64,000 nt of DNA from Eledone cirrhosa (GCA_964016885.1 OZ024758.1:6572001-6636000); one strand, 5' to 3'. Positions 1 to 60,823 are shown, counted from the first letter of the stretch. Numbers and translations are program-made. The notes: a model not told the origin generated them from the sequence alone.

Positions 1-975
1 TCGATGATTGGAAATGATAATTCGGTGACACGAAATTTGAAAATTTACCTTTAATATGTTCGCACTGTAAAGTGGTTGGTGATAGGAAGGGCATCTAGTC
101 GTAGAAATCTTACCAAACAAGGGGTTAGGAGGACCCTTCAGTTTGTATCAAAAGATACGACAACTTCTCTGCACTTGATATAACCGTACATAAGGAGGAT
201 ACAGAAGCCTCGTCCTTTCTAGTATTTACAATGTTTTTGTAAATTTATGAATAGATACTTAGGATGGCCATGGAACATCAATCCTTGTCTTCCCAAATAG
301 AAACCTACTTCTATAACACAGGTTAGAATTATCATATTGTGTGTATTACTTTCCTTATAAGGTCAAACAAGACATGTTTGTCGTTCAACAATAACATTTT
401 ATTTTTTAAAAATAGATGTTTGAGCTTTTTGTGCGTTTCATTTTTTGCAACCAATCTCTAATATTTTGACTGTTCGTTTTCACGATTTGCAATGCTTTCG
501 TTTTCTCTATGTCCAACCTAATTACTTTCTTATTGTTATTACTGGGGTTTTCTATCAAAATATGATAGTTTTTCTATGTGATCTTAACCATCGGCAAATG
601 TTATTCTCATAGTAAAACGCAATATACAATGGACAATAGCCTAGAACATGATGAAAGTAATATATGTGTGAGTGTTTTATGAGCTGGCTGTGTTGTACCA
701 GAAGTTTATGAAACAATTGTATTTGTCTTCTTTTTATCAAACAAAGACAGACAAAGATATTTGGATAGAAAACAAATTTGGAATCTAATCTGGCAGACCT
801 ACTATAAGATTTCATTCTATGATTTGTTATTTCTGTTGGTAAATCGTGAAAGCCAAGTTATTGACATTACACGCTATTGCTGGTTTCAATTAAGTTTCGA
901 GAACATTTCGATCATTACTGACTACGTTTTGGGAAGCTTTGACAGAATTGTTTTACAGTATTTTATATATATATA

Positions 976-1472
976 TATATATTGGTAAACGGAATAGAAA
1001 ATGCTGACAAATTGTTCACAGTTGAAAAATGGTTTAATTAGGAATAAAAGAGTATTAGTGATTGTATGGGTTAGTATTCAGTTGTGGTTTTAAGTTTTTA
1101 AGTTTTTACCGGTTGCGCATTTCTAAATGCTTTTCAAAAATAATTTTGAGATAGAGTGTCCGTGTTGTTTGCTCTGATCTGATTAGTTTTTGGAATTCTG
1201 CCTGTTTTTATGTTAAAAAAGTGGCTCCAGCGCTACTTTGGTGTTGCAAAAATTCTTGTGGTCAAAACAATTTTGATTGGTCGGTAGAGGTCATGTGAAT
1301 GTAAAAAATTGATTTTGCGCCAAGACTGTTTTTATGTTAAAAAAGTGGCTCCAGCGCTACTTGGTGTTTGCAAAAATTCTTGTGGTCAAAACAATTTTGA
1401 TTGGTCGGTAGAGGTCATGTGAATAAAAAATTGGTTTTGCGCCAAGATTGAGAAATGACTCTTTCACAACAA

Positions 1473-1538
<66 letters not shown>

Positions 1539-1671
1539 TAAAAACTTAAAAACTTAAAACCACAACTGAATACTAACCCATACAATTACTAATACTCTTT
1601 TATTCCTAATTAAATCATTTTTCAACTGTGAACAATTTGTCAGCATTTTCTATTCCGTTTACCAATATATA
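976..1671. mobile_element. Penelope-like terminal-repeat relic with ~133-bp inverted arms (976-1109 / 1538-1671), internal 124-bp tandem duplication and (GT)n
   Basis: Arms are near-perfect reverse complements; flanked by (TA)n; hammerhead-like motif at 1103-1140. Confidence 0.55.
1103..1140 (-). ncRNA. Degenerate hammerhead ribozyme motif, U3-A8 core type
   Basis: TTT-TTGAAAA-GCATTT-AG-AAATGC-GCAA-CCGG-TA-AAA; GAAA box mutated to GCAA. Confidence 0.45.
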
Positions 1672-2196
1672 ATAACTTGTGTGTTACACCTCTATTCTTT
1701 TAACTATATATATATATGGGTGGGGGCTGTGCATCGAGGAACGTATAAATATCCTGTAGAGATTACGTAACAATATCTATCTAAATACAAGATCCAATTT
1801 CTATAATCAATGTCCGCACGCCGCCAAGTACTTATTACATAACTACAAAGACCCAGACTATTCTTATCCAGAATTATCGTAATTGGCTCCCTTTCATCAG
1901 TCTAACTTTAGTTGTCCCCCTTGTCGACGACCTAGCGCATGGCCGGCCATAATGAGCCATTACTCGAGTTGGAAATCCGCCAAATGAAACACGTGTCTTT
2001 GAAAATGGTTTGCTAACTGTTGTGGAAGTAACTTTATATATATATATATATATATAACCAAAGATGAATATGGTTCGTTGATTACTCGACGAATACAATA
2101 TTACAATAGATTAGAAGCACTCAACAGTAGATTTTCCTGGAGTTTTTAATATTATTCAAGATGTTAATAAATGAAAAATATTCTCATAATCAAAAT

Positions 2197-2265
2197 ATAT
2201 ATTTTATTATACATATTTCAAGGGTACAATGGTGTTTAAGTACGTTTTCATCAGACAAAATATAT
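2197..2265 (-). ncRNA. Minimal type-I hammerhead ribozyme motif (TATGTA family)
   Basis: ATATATTTTGT-CTGATGA-[imperfect stem II]-GAAA-TATGTA-TA-ATAAAATATAT; 11-bp stem I with one G-U pair. Confidence 0.7.
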
Positions 2266-2272
2266 GATTTGA

Positions 2273-2331
2273 TTGTCTGATGAAAACATACGTAAACACC
2301 ATTGTACCTTAGAAATATGTATAATAAAATA
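2273..2331 (+). ncRNA. Hammerhead motif, inverted copy with truncated stem I
   Basis: TTGT-CTGATGA…GAAA-TATGTA-TA-ATAA. Confidence 0.55.
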
Positions 2332-2433
2332 TATATTTTCATTGTGAGAATATTTTTTCATTTATTAACATTTTGAATAATATATATATATATATATAAT
2401 ATAATATCAAAAGATGGTTAAAAGAGTTCCAAG

Positions 2434-2501
2434 TATTTTATTATGCGCATTTCAAAAACAAATATCATGGGATGATATCTGCGTTCTCATCAGATAAAAT
2501 A
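2434..2501 (-). ncRNA. Minimal type-I hammerhead ribozyme motif (TGCGCA family)
   Basis: TATTTTAT-CTGATGA-GAACGCAGATATCAT-CCC-ATGATATTTGTTTTT-GAAA-TGCGCA-TA-ATAAAATA. Confidence 0.8.
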
Positions 2502-2943
2502 GGGAGACATGATATGAAGCTTAAAAAACACTTGTGAATAGTGAAGTTTTAAATCAACATATATTTTGATTTATAACTTCACTATTCACAAGTGGAATAG
2601 AAACAGCACAACTAGTAATTAAGGACAAAATGAAGACACAGATACACGCAGAAAACAAACTAACAAAACAAATCAGTCACAGATAGAACAAACAACCAAC
2701 TAGTGACAAGATCAATGGATCTATCTATATTTCCTAATAGAGGGTAGATACTTTTAAGCTATATAAATCATTAATTATTAAATGTTTGACGATTAATCAA
2801 ATCTTTCCGTTTGTCTTATATCTAAGTTATTAGTCACAATTATAGAAATTAAAGATTGAATTTCAATTTCCATAAAAACCTTGGCTTTCCTTTTGGGTTG
2901 ATGATTTATGGTCAGTAGCTTTCGCCGTCTTTATCTACCAGTA

Positions 2944-3735
<792 letters not shown>

Positions 3736-3779
3736 TTATGTGTGTGTACGTGTTTATGTGGGTGGATGAATTTGTGTTT

Positions 3780-4560
3780 ATAACGGAATATGTAAAACGT
3801 ATTGTATAAGAATACTGTTGTTATGTAGATTGAAATGAAATTCAAGCTTGCCAGACAATCTGTTTTTACAATATCTATATCTGATCTTCCATAATATCTA
3901 TATGTGATCTTCCATAATAAATTGTAGACACCATTACAACTGATATTTCGACATGACAAAATTACCATTATTAAATCATAAAAGAATAATTTGAAAAACA
4001 ATAAATTAGAGCTGTCTCTTATGTGTCCTCAGATTATCTCTTAACCATTGCTTTCATCCTCTATCAGGATTGGATTTAGACCATGGGGTGCCCCGGGGCA
4101 CTTTCAGTTTGAAGGGGCCCCTCACACGCAAAAACATTAGAATACCCACCAAACCCTACTAATTTTACTTATCAAAGTTAGCTTGGCTTGGCGCAAGTAA
4201 TTGGAATTAAAAAGTTATACATACAGGTATTGAATTGAAAAATTCTAACCATCCAAAAACTAAAAAGGCACAGCTGAGGGCACAAATAAATTGCTACAGC
4301 CATCGCTTGTGTGTGTCCCCCCACTGAACGGGGCCCAGGGCAACTGCCCCTTCCCCCTATCCCATTCAATCCGACCCTATCCTCTAGGGCCAATTTCTGC
4401 GAGATAAAATTCCTAAACTGTCTGCACTAAGATGATTACACTTTAGCAAGTTCAGGGGAGAATAAATACAAAGATTTTCCCTAATAAATTCTATACAGTA
4501 ACAACTGGTATTTTTGCAAGAAAATATTCCTTTCTTCTTTAAGTTTAAAAAAGTAATACC
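3780..4560 (-). pseudogene. Possible decayed GRL101/LGR-type GPCR fragment, interrupted by a hAT MITE
   Basis: Cys-rich hinge-like CYC…LC…P…KC..L, then SSNLLFFKLFFYDLIM (TM2-like) and CLASLNFISIYITTV (TM3-like); contains stops. Similarity judged by eye only. Confidence 0.3.
4065..4379. mobile_element. hAT-type MITE
   Basis: Degenerate CAGG..GGATT TIRs; 8-bp TSD TCCTCTAT (4057-4064) / TCCTCTAG (4380-4387); related GGGCCCC..GCAACTGCCC motif also at 54725-54890. Confidence 0.7.
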
Positions 4561-4599
4561 AAATTCCAATCATAAAGAAACCCCAGATGACTTTAGTTA

Positions 4600-4960
4600 T
4601 ATAAGACATCTAGAGTAATCGCTTTGCTGACCAAGCAGTATGCAAATCATTTGCAAATATCCCCATATCAACCAATTAAGTTCGAAGTGTTTGATCTTTT
4701 TCAGAAGCTATTTCATGGTTTCATAGTTTTCTTTTAGATGCATCGATCAACCAATCAGTTTAGAAGCAAACACATCTCCATTACTCAAAACACACATTAC
4801 ACTGGCCTTTCAGCTTTCAATGAAAAGTTACCATTCGTCTGATTCATACTAAAAATCCTATTGTATTTAACAAACCATTAACATTATGACAATAAACAAC
4901 GTTATCTTCCATACTACAGAATTGCAATAGATCGTTTTTCTCTTTGTCGATACAAACTAA
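4600..4960 (-). mobile_element. Decayed CMC/Chapaev-3-like transposase fragment
   Basis: Translates VVYCHNVNGLL…NGDVFASKLIG*SMHLKENYETMK*LLKKIKH…NWLIWGYLQMICILLGQQSDY, matching the HNGN..S.PIGHS.HLKE.Y…LLGQQ.GY pattern. Confidence 0.65.
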
Positions 4961-5439
4961 ACGCAGTTCCCTTAGTTAACGGCCTGTTTTATTTCAGTCA
5001 AAATCCAAAATCCAAAATCTAGGCCATTCTCACTCCTATTGGAGGAACTCCTCCCTGGTTGACCTCCAGGGCATTCTCACTCCTATTGGAGCAACTCCTC
5101 CCTGGATGAACTCCACCACTTCCTATCTCAAGTCATATTGGGCCATATGGGACCAGTCAGGATCCCAATAATTTTGCTGAGGTTTTTGGAGGATCTATAA
5201 GGCAGACATACAGGTCCACAACAATAGACACCCAATCACCCTTATAAGTTGGTCATACTAGTGCAACAACAAAAAGCACTGTCCACCCTGTAAGGTAACC
5301 ATGCTAGTACTGTGACACAAATCCCCCAGTCCATTCTCTTAGATGGGCATCCTGGTGCCAGCCACAATGAAAAGCACCCAATCCACCATGTAAAGTGTTA
5401 GTGGTAGTGTCACAAAAATCGCCCAGTCCATGCTCAGCC

Positions 5440-6910
5440 ACTGGATTTTAACCACAGACTTCCTTCGAAGCCATGTCAGAAGAGACAAATTGGTATGCCC
5501 AACAAACTATTTCTAATCGAGGAAAACTTGACGTTTATGACAACCGATAGATAATGCAGAAATTCAAATATTTTTTACAATAAATATTATGTTTTGTATA
5601 AAACAAATTTTAAGACTGTGGAATTATTGGAGCCAACATATAATATATAGTGACCCTTATATATCAAGCATTATGCCTAAAACCAGGTTTTTTATATTAA
5701 ACCAGTATTTGCACCTGGCCAAAACTTCCAATGTCCCAGGTAGGAATGAAGCAAATTATGATCCTCTTTAGCCTGAGGAATTTAAAACTGTATGTATCTG
5801 GAAAAAATCTCAATGTTGCTGAAACAATGATTGACTATAAGGTTAGGGTTCATTTCTGACAATATATGACAGCTAAACCCACCAAATGGGGCATCAAGGT
5901 GAGAGAGCTCTGTGAATCAGACACAAGCTACTGTGTAAAGTTTGAGGTTTACACTGGAAAAAATCATAACGGAGTGAGACAAAATGGATTGGGATACGAT
6001 GTTGTGTGGTCTCTGATTGAACCCTTCCACTCTTAACACAGACTTGCATATTTCAACCATTTTATTCTTTGATGCTTCTGGCATCTTGCCCTCATACCTA
6101 CAGTACAATAATCAGCAATCGCAAAGAGCTACCCCAAGAAATAAAATGCACAAAAGTTTTTAAAAAACGAGGGTACATTCTCCAGGTGCAAAAAGGAAAC
6201 ATGCTAGCCACACCAATAATGGACAAATTGCAAATTTTATTCTTGTCTTCAAATCAACAGCCAGGTGTTGGAGTAAACCTTTAGTAAATATGTCCTACAA
6301 TAAACACATGGGTGAGATCAACAAATGCAACGAATATTGTGCATTCTAGCCAGTTGGACATCTTGGAAAGAAATGGTAGAGATATATTTTGTGGTTTTTA
6401 GTAAATTTAACGATTGTGAATTCTTTTATTGTATTTACTAAAAGCCACAAGAATCTGCCACCACCAAAGGACTACACCACATGAAATTTCGTGTGGACAT
6501 TGCCTCACAATTACATGAGTGGTACATTTCCTAGAAACACAGAGCGGAGAGAAAATTAAAACTAACTGAAGTAGATGTAAACAGAGAAAATATTGATTTT
6601 CATAAAATAGAAAAAGTTTTATGGGAAGAAGAAAGTTTGCAGAATGTGCTCTTTGCAAAAGAGAAAGACCACTAAAGGTTACCAAATAGAAACATCTTTT
6701 ATGTGGTCCTTTTGTAAAGGGCCATTATGTAAAGGGTGCTTTGGCCAATGTCATGATAGAAATATTGCCTGACAATATTAATTATGCTGTTAAAAAAATA
6801 TTATTATTTGAACACAAATTATATGCGAAAACCAGAAACCGGAAATATGTATTGATTTTCTTTATGTACACATATGTATTCACCTGTATCACACCTGTTA
6901 ATGAGCTTTT
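5440..6910 (+). mobile_element. Decayed piggyBac (PGBD4-like) transposase
   Basis: Frameshifted blocks EETNWYAQQ, MPKTRF…QYLHL, YDPL, ETMIDYK…QYM..KPTKWGIKV, YCVKFEVYTGK, GLGYDVV..L, YNKHMG, KKW*RYI…IVNSFI, and a C-terminal Cys-rich domain. Confidence 0.85.
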
Positions 6911-7151
6911 TGCAGGGAGGGTACATTATTATGTAAATCTACTCAGTGCATTGTGTAAAAATACATTGCCTGGTTTTAGACTTTTTTTCCAATGAAAATA
7001 TTTGCATGAAATGTAGAGAAAGAATAAAAGGTTTTGATGATTATACCTGCATTTTAATTAATTTACCTGCTTGTCAAAAGCAGTACAATTATTGGAAGTC
7101 AGCATCATTGTTGGATAATTTTTGTAACATAACTAATATGTAAGACACAAA

Positions 7152-7400
7152 GTGGTCACCCTGTATAACAGCAACCATAAACAAGCTGTTTTTTATGGTC
7201 ACCCTGTATAACAGCAACCATAAACAAGCTGTTTTTTATGGTCACCCTGTATAATAGCAACCATAAACAAGCTGTTTTTTATGGTCACCCTGTATAATAA
7301 CAACCATAGACAAGCTGTTTTTTATGGTCACCCTGTATAATAACAACCATAAACAAGCTGTTTTTTTATGGTCACCCTGTATAATAACAACCATAGACAA
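7152..7400. repeat. 43-bp minisatellite, ~5.7 copies
   Basis: Unit TGGTCACCCTGTATAACAGCAACCATAAACAAGCTGTTTTTTA. Confidence 0.9.
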
Positions 7401-7879
7401 AATGAAAACTGATTACTTGATAATAGATTGCACAATGTTTATTTGAAGCCAGGATTACAGAAGTGTTTCACAATTATTTCATAATCAAATAATTGTTTCT
7501 ACTTTTGGCACAAGGCCAGCAATTATATCAGTACATTACTGGTACTTTATTTTATCGACCCCGTAAGTTAACTTCGGCGGGAATTGAACTCAGATCGTAA
7601 AGGGACGTAACTATGCTGGAAAGCATGTCCAACCCTCTACCGATACTGCCAATTCACCAATCAAATAATGCAGAAGAAAATTAGGCATGAATTTCTTATA
7701 CAATTAATCTTGAAGTTACTGTGAATAATATTTGAAGTTTGTAAATGTTAGTTATAATTAGTTGTAAGAATATAGGAGAATGAAATATGGAATGCAAATG
7801 GAGGATGGAAGAAGTTTAAAAATAAGATCTAAATGTGAGTGGATATATGATAAAAAGCTGATTTGATTTTAAATGGATT

Positions 7880-8260
7880 TAAAATGTTGTTTAGCAAATA
7901 AATTCATGTTGGATGTGCAACTTCAAGACCAAGCATAGATGAGTTGAGAGAGAAACTGTGTTTAGGAGGCATAAGTTGTAGTGTGCTGGAGAGAAGACTG
8001 CACTGGTATGGACATGTGATATGCATGGAGGATGACTGCTGAGTAAAGAAGTGCCAAGAAATCCCAGTAGAAGGAAGATGCAGTCGAGAAAGACCATGAA
8101 AAACATCGGCAGCGGTTGTCAGAACTAACCTCAGATTGCTGAAGCTCACGGATGAGATGACAAAGGGCCATGACGAATGGAGAGATGCTGTGCTGAATAG
8201 GACCCATCCCACCCTTGCAAGCAGGGAAAAGCGGGCGTAAAATTTTTAGGAGGATGATGA
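7880..8260 (+). mobile_element. RTE-type LINE 3' fragment
   Basis: RRLHWYGHV…C..VEG…GRP.KTW-like decayed frame; related copies at 19965-20180 and 26700-27430. Confidence 0.75.
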
Positions 8261-8281
8261 ACAGCTATTATGAATATGTAT

Positions 8282-8476
8282 AGGGCGGTGGAGTAGCAAT
8301 ATTGGTAGAGGGTCTGACGCCATGCTTTGCAGCAAAGAGTTACGACCCTTTATGGTCTGAGTTCAAATCACGCCGAGGTTAACTTTGCCTTTCATCCTTA
8401 TGGGGTCGATAAAATAAAGTACCAGTAATACACTGGGATAATTGCTGGCCTTGTGCCAAAAAGTAGAAACAATTAT
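8282..8476 (+). mobile_element. tRNA-derived SINE family 1 (full length); many more copies, e.g. 7490-7660, 13688-14030, 32350-32730, 38345-38765, 40681-40820, 42335-42770, 43255-43480, 46365-46535, 47455-47625, 54200-54362, 57718-57965, 59328-59411, 63800-63975
   Basis: B-box GAGTTCAAATC; central GAGGTTAACTTTGCCTTTCATCCTT.CGGGGTCGATAAAATAAAGTACC resembling the Meta/Sauria SINE core; tail GTAGAAACAATTAT; TSDs on several copies. Confidence 0.9.
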
Positions 8477-8614
8477 AAATATCTATAGAAACATGAGCCA
8501 CTATAGAAACCATAGGTTTATCTAACTGCACACACAAATTAAAAGAGTGTTACATTAACAACTGTAATGTTTGGAAGTCTTGTTAGTATTTAGGACTATT
8601 AGCAGACTGGAGAA

Positions 8615-8880
8615 TAACCGCTCTATGTGTGTATGGACCTGTAACTCCTTAGGGAGTTGTGGGAGAGGTGGGGGCATATTGATATACAGTGTTTCTATGG
8701 CATTATTTTAAACCTTGCGGAGCCCAGCTCCTCTCCAGGTTTGAACACAGCAGATTTCTTCCAAAGTAGGATAGAGAGTGAGAGAAAGGAATTGGGAAAG
8801 AGATATTGAGAAAGAATCGTACTTGACTGGTACTTTGTTTTATCGACCTTGAATAGATGAAAATTAATATTGACCTCAAA
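8615..8880. mobile_element. Composite SINE-like repeat family (also 35080-35425 and 35455-37120)
   Basis: Shared GTAACTCCT…GATATACAG…ACAGCAGATTTCT…purine linker…CCCCAGTAC…TGGTACTT. Confidence 0.65.
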
Positions 8881-10165
8881 TAATCACTATTTAGCCATAT
8901 TCAATATATAATTGTTTCTACTTTAGGCACAAGGCCAGCAATTACGCAGTGCATTACTGGTACTTTATTTTATCGACCCAATAAGGATGAAAGGCATATT
9001 CAATATATAATAACACTAAAGTTATATTGAGATACTTGATTTAAATAGCCATCAGGCCAGAATTTTACTTTTACTTTTTCACTCGGGGTTAAATACCCCA
9101 CCCCTATCTAGCTCTACACCTTGATACTGACATGAATCTAAACATTAGAATGCTCACCCGGCTGAACCTACAGTAATTCCGCGTTACACTCCCTGGATAT
9201 ATATATATATATATATATAGGAAGGTAGGTAGTTAGTTACATCATTAAATCAATCATGCCATCTACGAGGCTGTGTCCCCATCAGTGCTTTGGAAACCAG
9301 AAGTAGTCACTAATAACAGGGGACACAAGCTCTCCTACCCCGATTTGCTGGCCACTGCCATCATGCCACCTACGAGGCTGTGTCCCCATTAGTGCTTTGG
9401 AAACCAGAAGCAGTCACTAATAACAGGGAACACAAGCTCTCGTATCCCGATGTCATCTCCAGAGATTCTGGTATTGAAATCCAGGATTTGGCAATGTCAA
9501 TGAATGACAGACCCACGCGGAGATCAGTTGTTGAGTTGATTTCGGCTGAGGCCGCTGGGTGCTGATGATGAAATCTATCCAAATTCTTGTTTATTTTGAA
9601 AATTATTTGTATATTTCATTAGAAATATGATAACGAAAAGGGTAAAATAATATACATTTGTAGAAGTAAAAGAAAAGAGGAGACAATCATGTGAGCTAGT
9701 TAAAAGAGGGGGGGGGGGGTGTTCTCTAAAGTGTACAGTTCCACCACAGGAGTAATTAATAGTGTAGAAATGTGGGGGGAAATGATGGCAGCAGTATCAA
9801 ATTCCTCCATTCACAAAAATGACAGAGGAAAAGATGTAGAAACAGCAGTAACAGTAAGTAAGGGCATTGCCCCAGTATGGCCAGAACCCACAGGATGGAA
9901 CTAGTAAAAAGGTAAAGTGCATATATATGTATATATATGTATGTGTGTTTGTATGTATATATATGTATATATGTGTGTGTATGTATATGTGTGTGTATGT
10001 GTGTTTGTATGTATATATATATGTGTGTGTATGTATATGTGTGTGTGTATGTGTGTTTGTATGTATATATATATATATGTGTGTGTGTATGTGTGTTTGT
10101 ATGTATATATATATATATATGTGTGTGTATGTATATGTGTGTGTGTATGTGTGTTTGTATGTATG

Positions 10166-10226
<61 letters not shown>

Positions 10227-10529
10227 ATATATATGTGTGTGTATATATGTGTGTATGTGTGTATGTATGTATATTTTTATGGGTGATAACGCCCACATTC
10301 GGGGGCTATATTGTCAAGGACCACTGTGCACCCTCCATGCGCAATACTTAGTCTCAGCAAAAGCAAAGAATCCAGCTTCTATGCTAAGTGCCAGGCAAAG
10401 AGAAGCAAGGAGATTGTTGAGTCCATTCTAACTGATAAACAGTGCAGTTTTCGCAAAGGACCAGATGCAGCCCAACCAACCAAATATTGACACTGTGACA
10501 GGTCTTCAGGAAATCGTGGGAGTATTGCC

Positions 10530-10778
10530 AAGAAGTATGTTCTTATTTTGTCGACTTTGAAAAGGTATAGATTGCATTCCTCAGGACCTGCTGTGGAAGG
10601 TTGTATAGGAGTATGAGATTTATGGTCAGCTTCTTGCTGCCCTCGTGTCTCTATACAAATGCCCGGGTATTTGTGTTCAGATAAATGGTGCTAAACCGAA
10701 ATCATTCAATGTGAGAGTTAGGTCCACCAAGGGTGTATACTCTCACCTCCCATGTCCATCATTTACATGAGCAGGACT
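10530..10778 (+). mobile_element. Non-LTR (RTE-like) reverse transcriptase fragment
   Basis: FVDFEK…LLWKV…YGQLLAAL.SLY…VQING…FNV…QGCILSP. Confidence 0.75.
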
Positions 10779-10781
10779 GAC

Positions 10782-11029
10782 ATTTTGCAATACACTGTAT
10801 GCTTAATTAAAAGCATTTTGAACACTATACGCTATTGTTTTAAAGTAGTTTTTCAGCAAACAGGGAGAGTAGTGAGCTTTGATAAGTACCAAAAAGTATG
10901 AAACAGAGCTCTGTCAGCTTATCTCCCCTGTTTGCTGAAAATTTAAGTAAGTGACACTGTCACTACTTTAAAACAATAGCGTATGGTTTTCAAAATGCTT
11001 TTAATTAAGCACACAGTGTATTGCAAAAT
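10782..11029. mobile_element. Near-palindromic MITE/foldback element (~250 bp)
   Basis: ~68-bp outer inverted arms plus inner TTTTCAGCAAACAGGG/CCCTGTTTGCTGAAAA arms. Confidence 0.8.
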
Positions 11030-11434
11030 ACACTATATATACATTTATATATATATATATATATATAAAATATTTTGACTATATAAGGCCCAATGGTTGT
11101 ATGATGGAGGTTTTTGATTACAAAACATTGAGGTGCAAATGTTACTAGGTCTTAAGTCCTAAACAAAGTAATATATCTATACTTGCTTTTTGTACTTGAC
11201 TGCCATAACATCTTCAACTCGTTATTAATGTCATATTGCTAACATATACAAATAGGTATACAATAGAATAAAATATAATATATCAAAGATGTTGTTAAAA
11301 CCCTAAAGCCACTTAAATCAATCAATATTAAAATTAGTGTCCTTAATATTAGAAAAGAAAATTAAAGATGCATGCAAAAACTGGTTAGTAAAGTTCGTAT
11401 GATCAATTCTTTTAAGATGTGCAAATATTTGCTT

Positions 11435-59582
<48,148 letters not shown>

Positions 59583-59687
59583 GTTTGGATTCGGCGGCAA
59601 ATTTATTCACACAAAGCAATCGGTGTGTTTAATTCAAAATAACGGTGATGTTTGTTGACGATAAAACACTTCTAGTTGTATGCTACA

Positions 59688-59695
59688 CTTTTATA
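59688..59695 (-). promoter_or_regulatory. Putative TATA box (TATAAAAG) of distal promoter, at the edge of a (TA)n tract
   Basis: About 105 nt upstream of the exon 1A ATG; sequence-only. Confidence 0.4.
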
Positions 59696-59709
59696 TATAT
59701 ATATGTATA

Positions 59710-59749
<40 letters not shown>

Positions 59750-60176
59750 CTAGTTAAGACCAGATGCTTTTTTGTTATCTAAGTTATATATGATTGCTTC
59801 TCAAACTGATAACTTTCGTTCTGTGGACAACTTCTAAGCAAACTAGAAGTTAAAGTGACATCAACGTCAGGCAAGGGTTAAATGGTGATGGGAAGCTAAA
59901 GTCAAATAGGAGTGGAACACTTGCAGCTGTTAGTAAGGAAAATAGGCGAATTAATTCAAGCGCTTCCGCAAGTTTTTCTCTCTAATCTACGTGAAGTTGG
60001 TTTATATTTTACATATATGTGTAGATTATTTTATGTAATTCGTTAATCTATGAATACATTTTATTACATTTTATTTCATTTTATTACATTTTATTTTATT
60101 TTATTTTATTTTATTTTATTTCATTTCATTTCATTTTATTTCATTTTATTTTAAAATAACGATGTTGTTTGGTGAC

Positions 60177-60204
60177 GATAAAGCGCTTAATGTTGTATGC
60201 TGCA

Positions 60205-60264
<60 letters not shown>

Positions 60265-60292
60265 TGCAGCATACAACATTAAGCGCTTTATC
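60177..60292. repeat. Perfect palindrome: 34-bp unique arms around a (TA)n centre
   Basis: GATAAAGCGCTTAATGTTGTATGCTGCAGTTTTA (TA)n TAAAACTGCAGCATACAACATTAAGCGCTTTATC. Confidence 0.92.
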
Positions 60293-60488
60293 CTTCGAAT
60301 GAAACAGTTCTAGTCCTGTAGAAGCCATTTCTTTATTATATATATATATATATATAAGCTAGTTAAGACTAGTGAAGACTAAAAGTAATTGTTTCGGGTT
60401 CAAAAACACGTGGATCCTTACATAACAAGTACTCCGAAAAAAAGTATATATATATATATATATATATATATACTCCGAGCAAAAGTAT

Positions 60489-60546
<58 letters not shown>

Positions 60547-60548
60547 AT

Positions 60549-60605
<57 letters not shown>

Positions 60606-60707
60606 TAAGTGTGTGTGTGTGTGTGTACACTTTTCTTTTTCGGAGTACTTGTTAGGTAAGGGCCCATGTGTTGTTATATATATATATATAATATACTCCG
60701 AGAAAAA

Positions 60708-60742
<35 letters not shown>

Positions 60743-60823
60743 AATAGATCTGTATTATGCATAGAACACTCTTTGTTCCTTTGCTTTTTCTTCGGAAATA
60801 CTTAATATATATATATTTATATA

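Larger units (their letters stand above)
2152..2380. mobile_element. ~230-bp hairpin of two inverted copies of a hammerhead-bearing repeat
   Basis: Arms are reverse complementary; a single-arm copy lies at 37816-37930; abuts (TA)n. Confidence 0.75.

Noticed and set aside
200-960. Possible Penelope RT/GIY-YIG coding relic next to the inverted repeat
   Set aside because: No diagnostic motif recognisable in any frame by eye; needs a profile search.
8282-8380. tRNA genes at GTTCAAATC/GTTCGATTC boxes
   Set aside because: All are SINE heads followed by SINE bodies; no complete cloverleaf.
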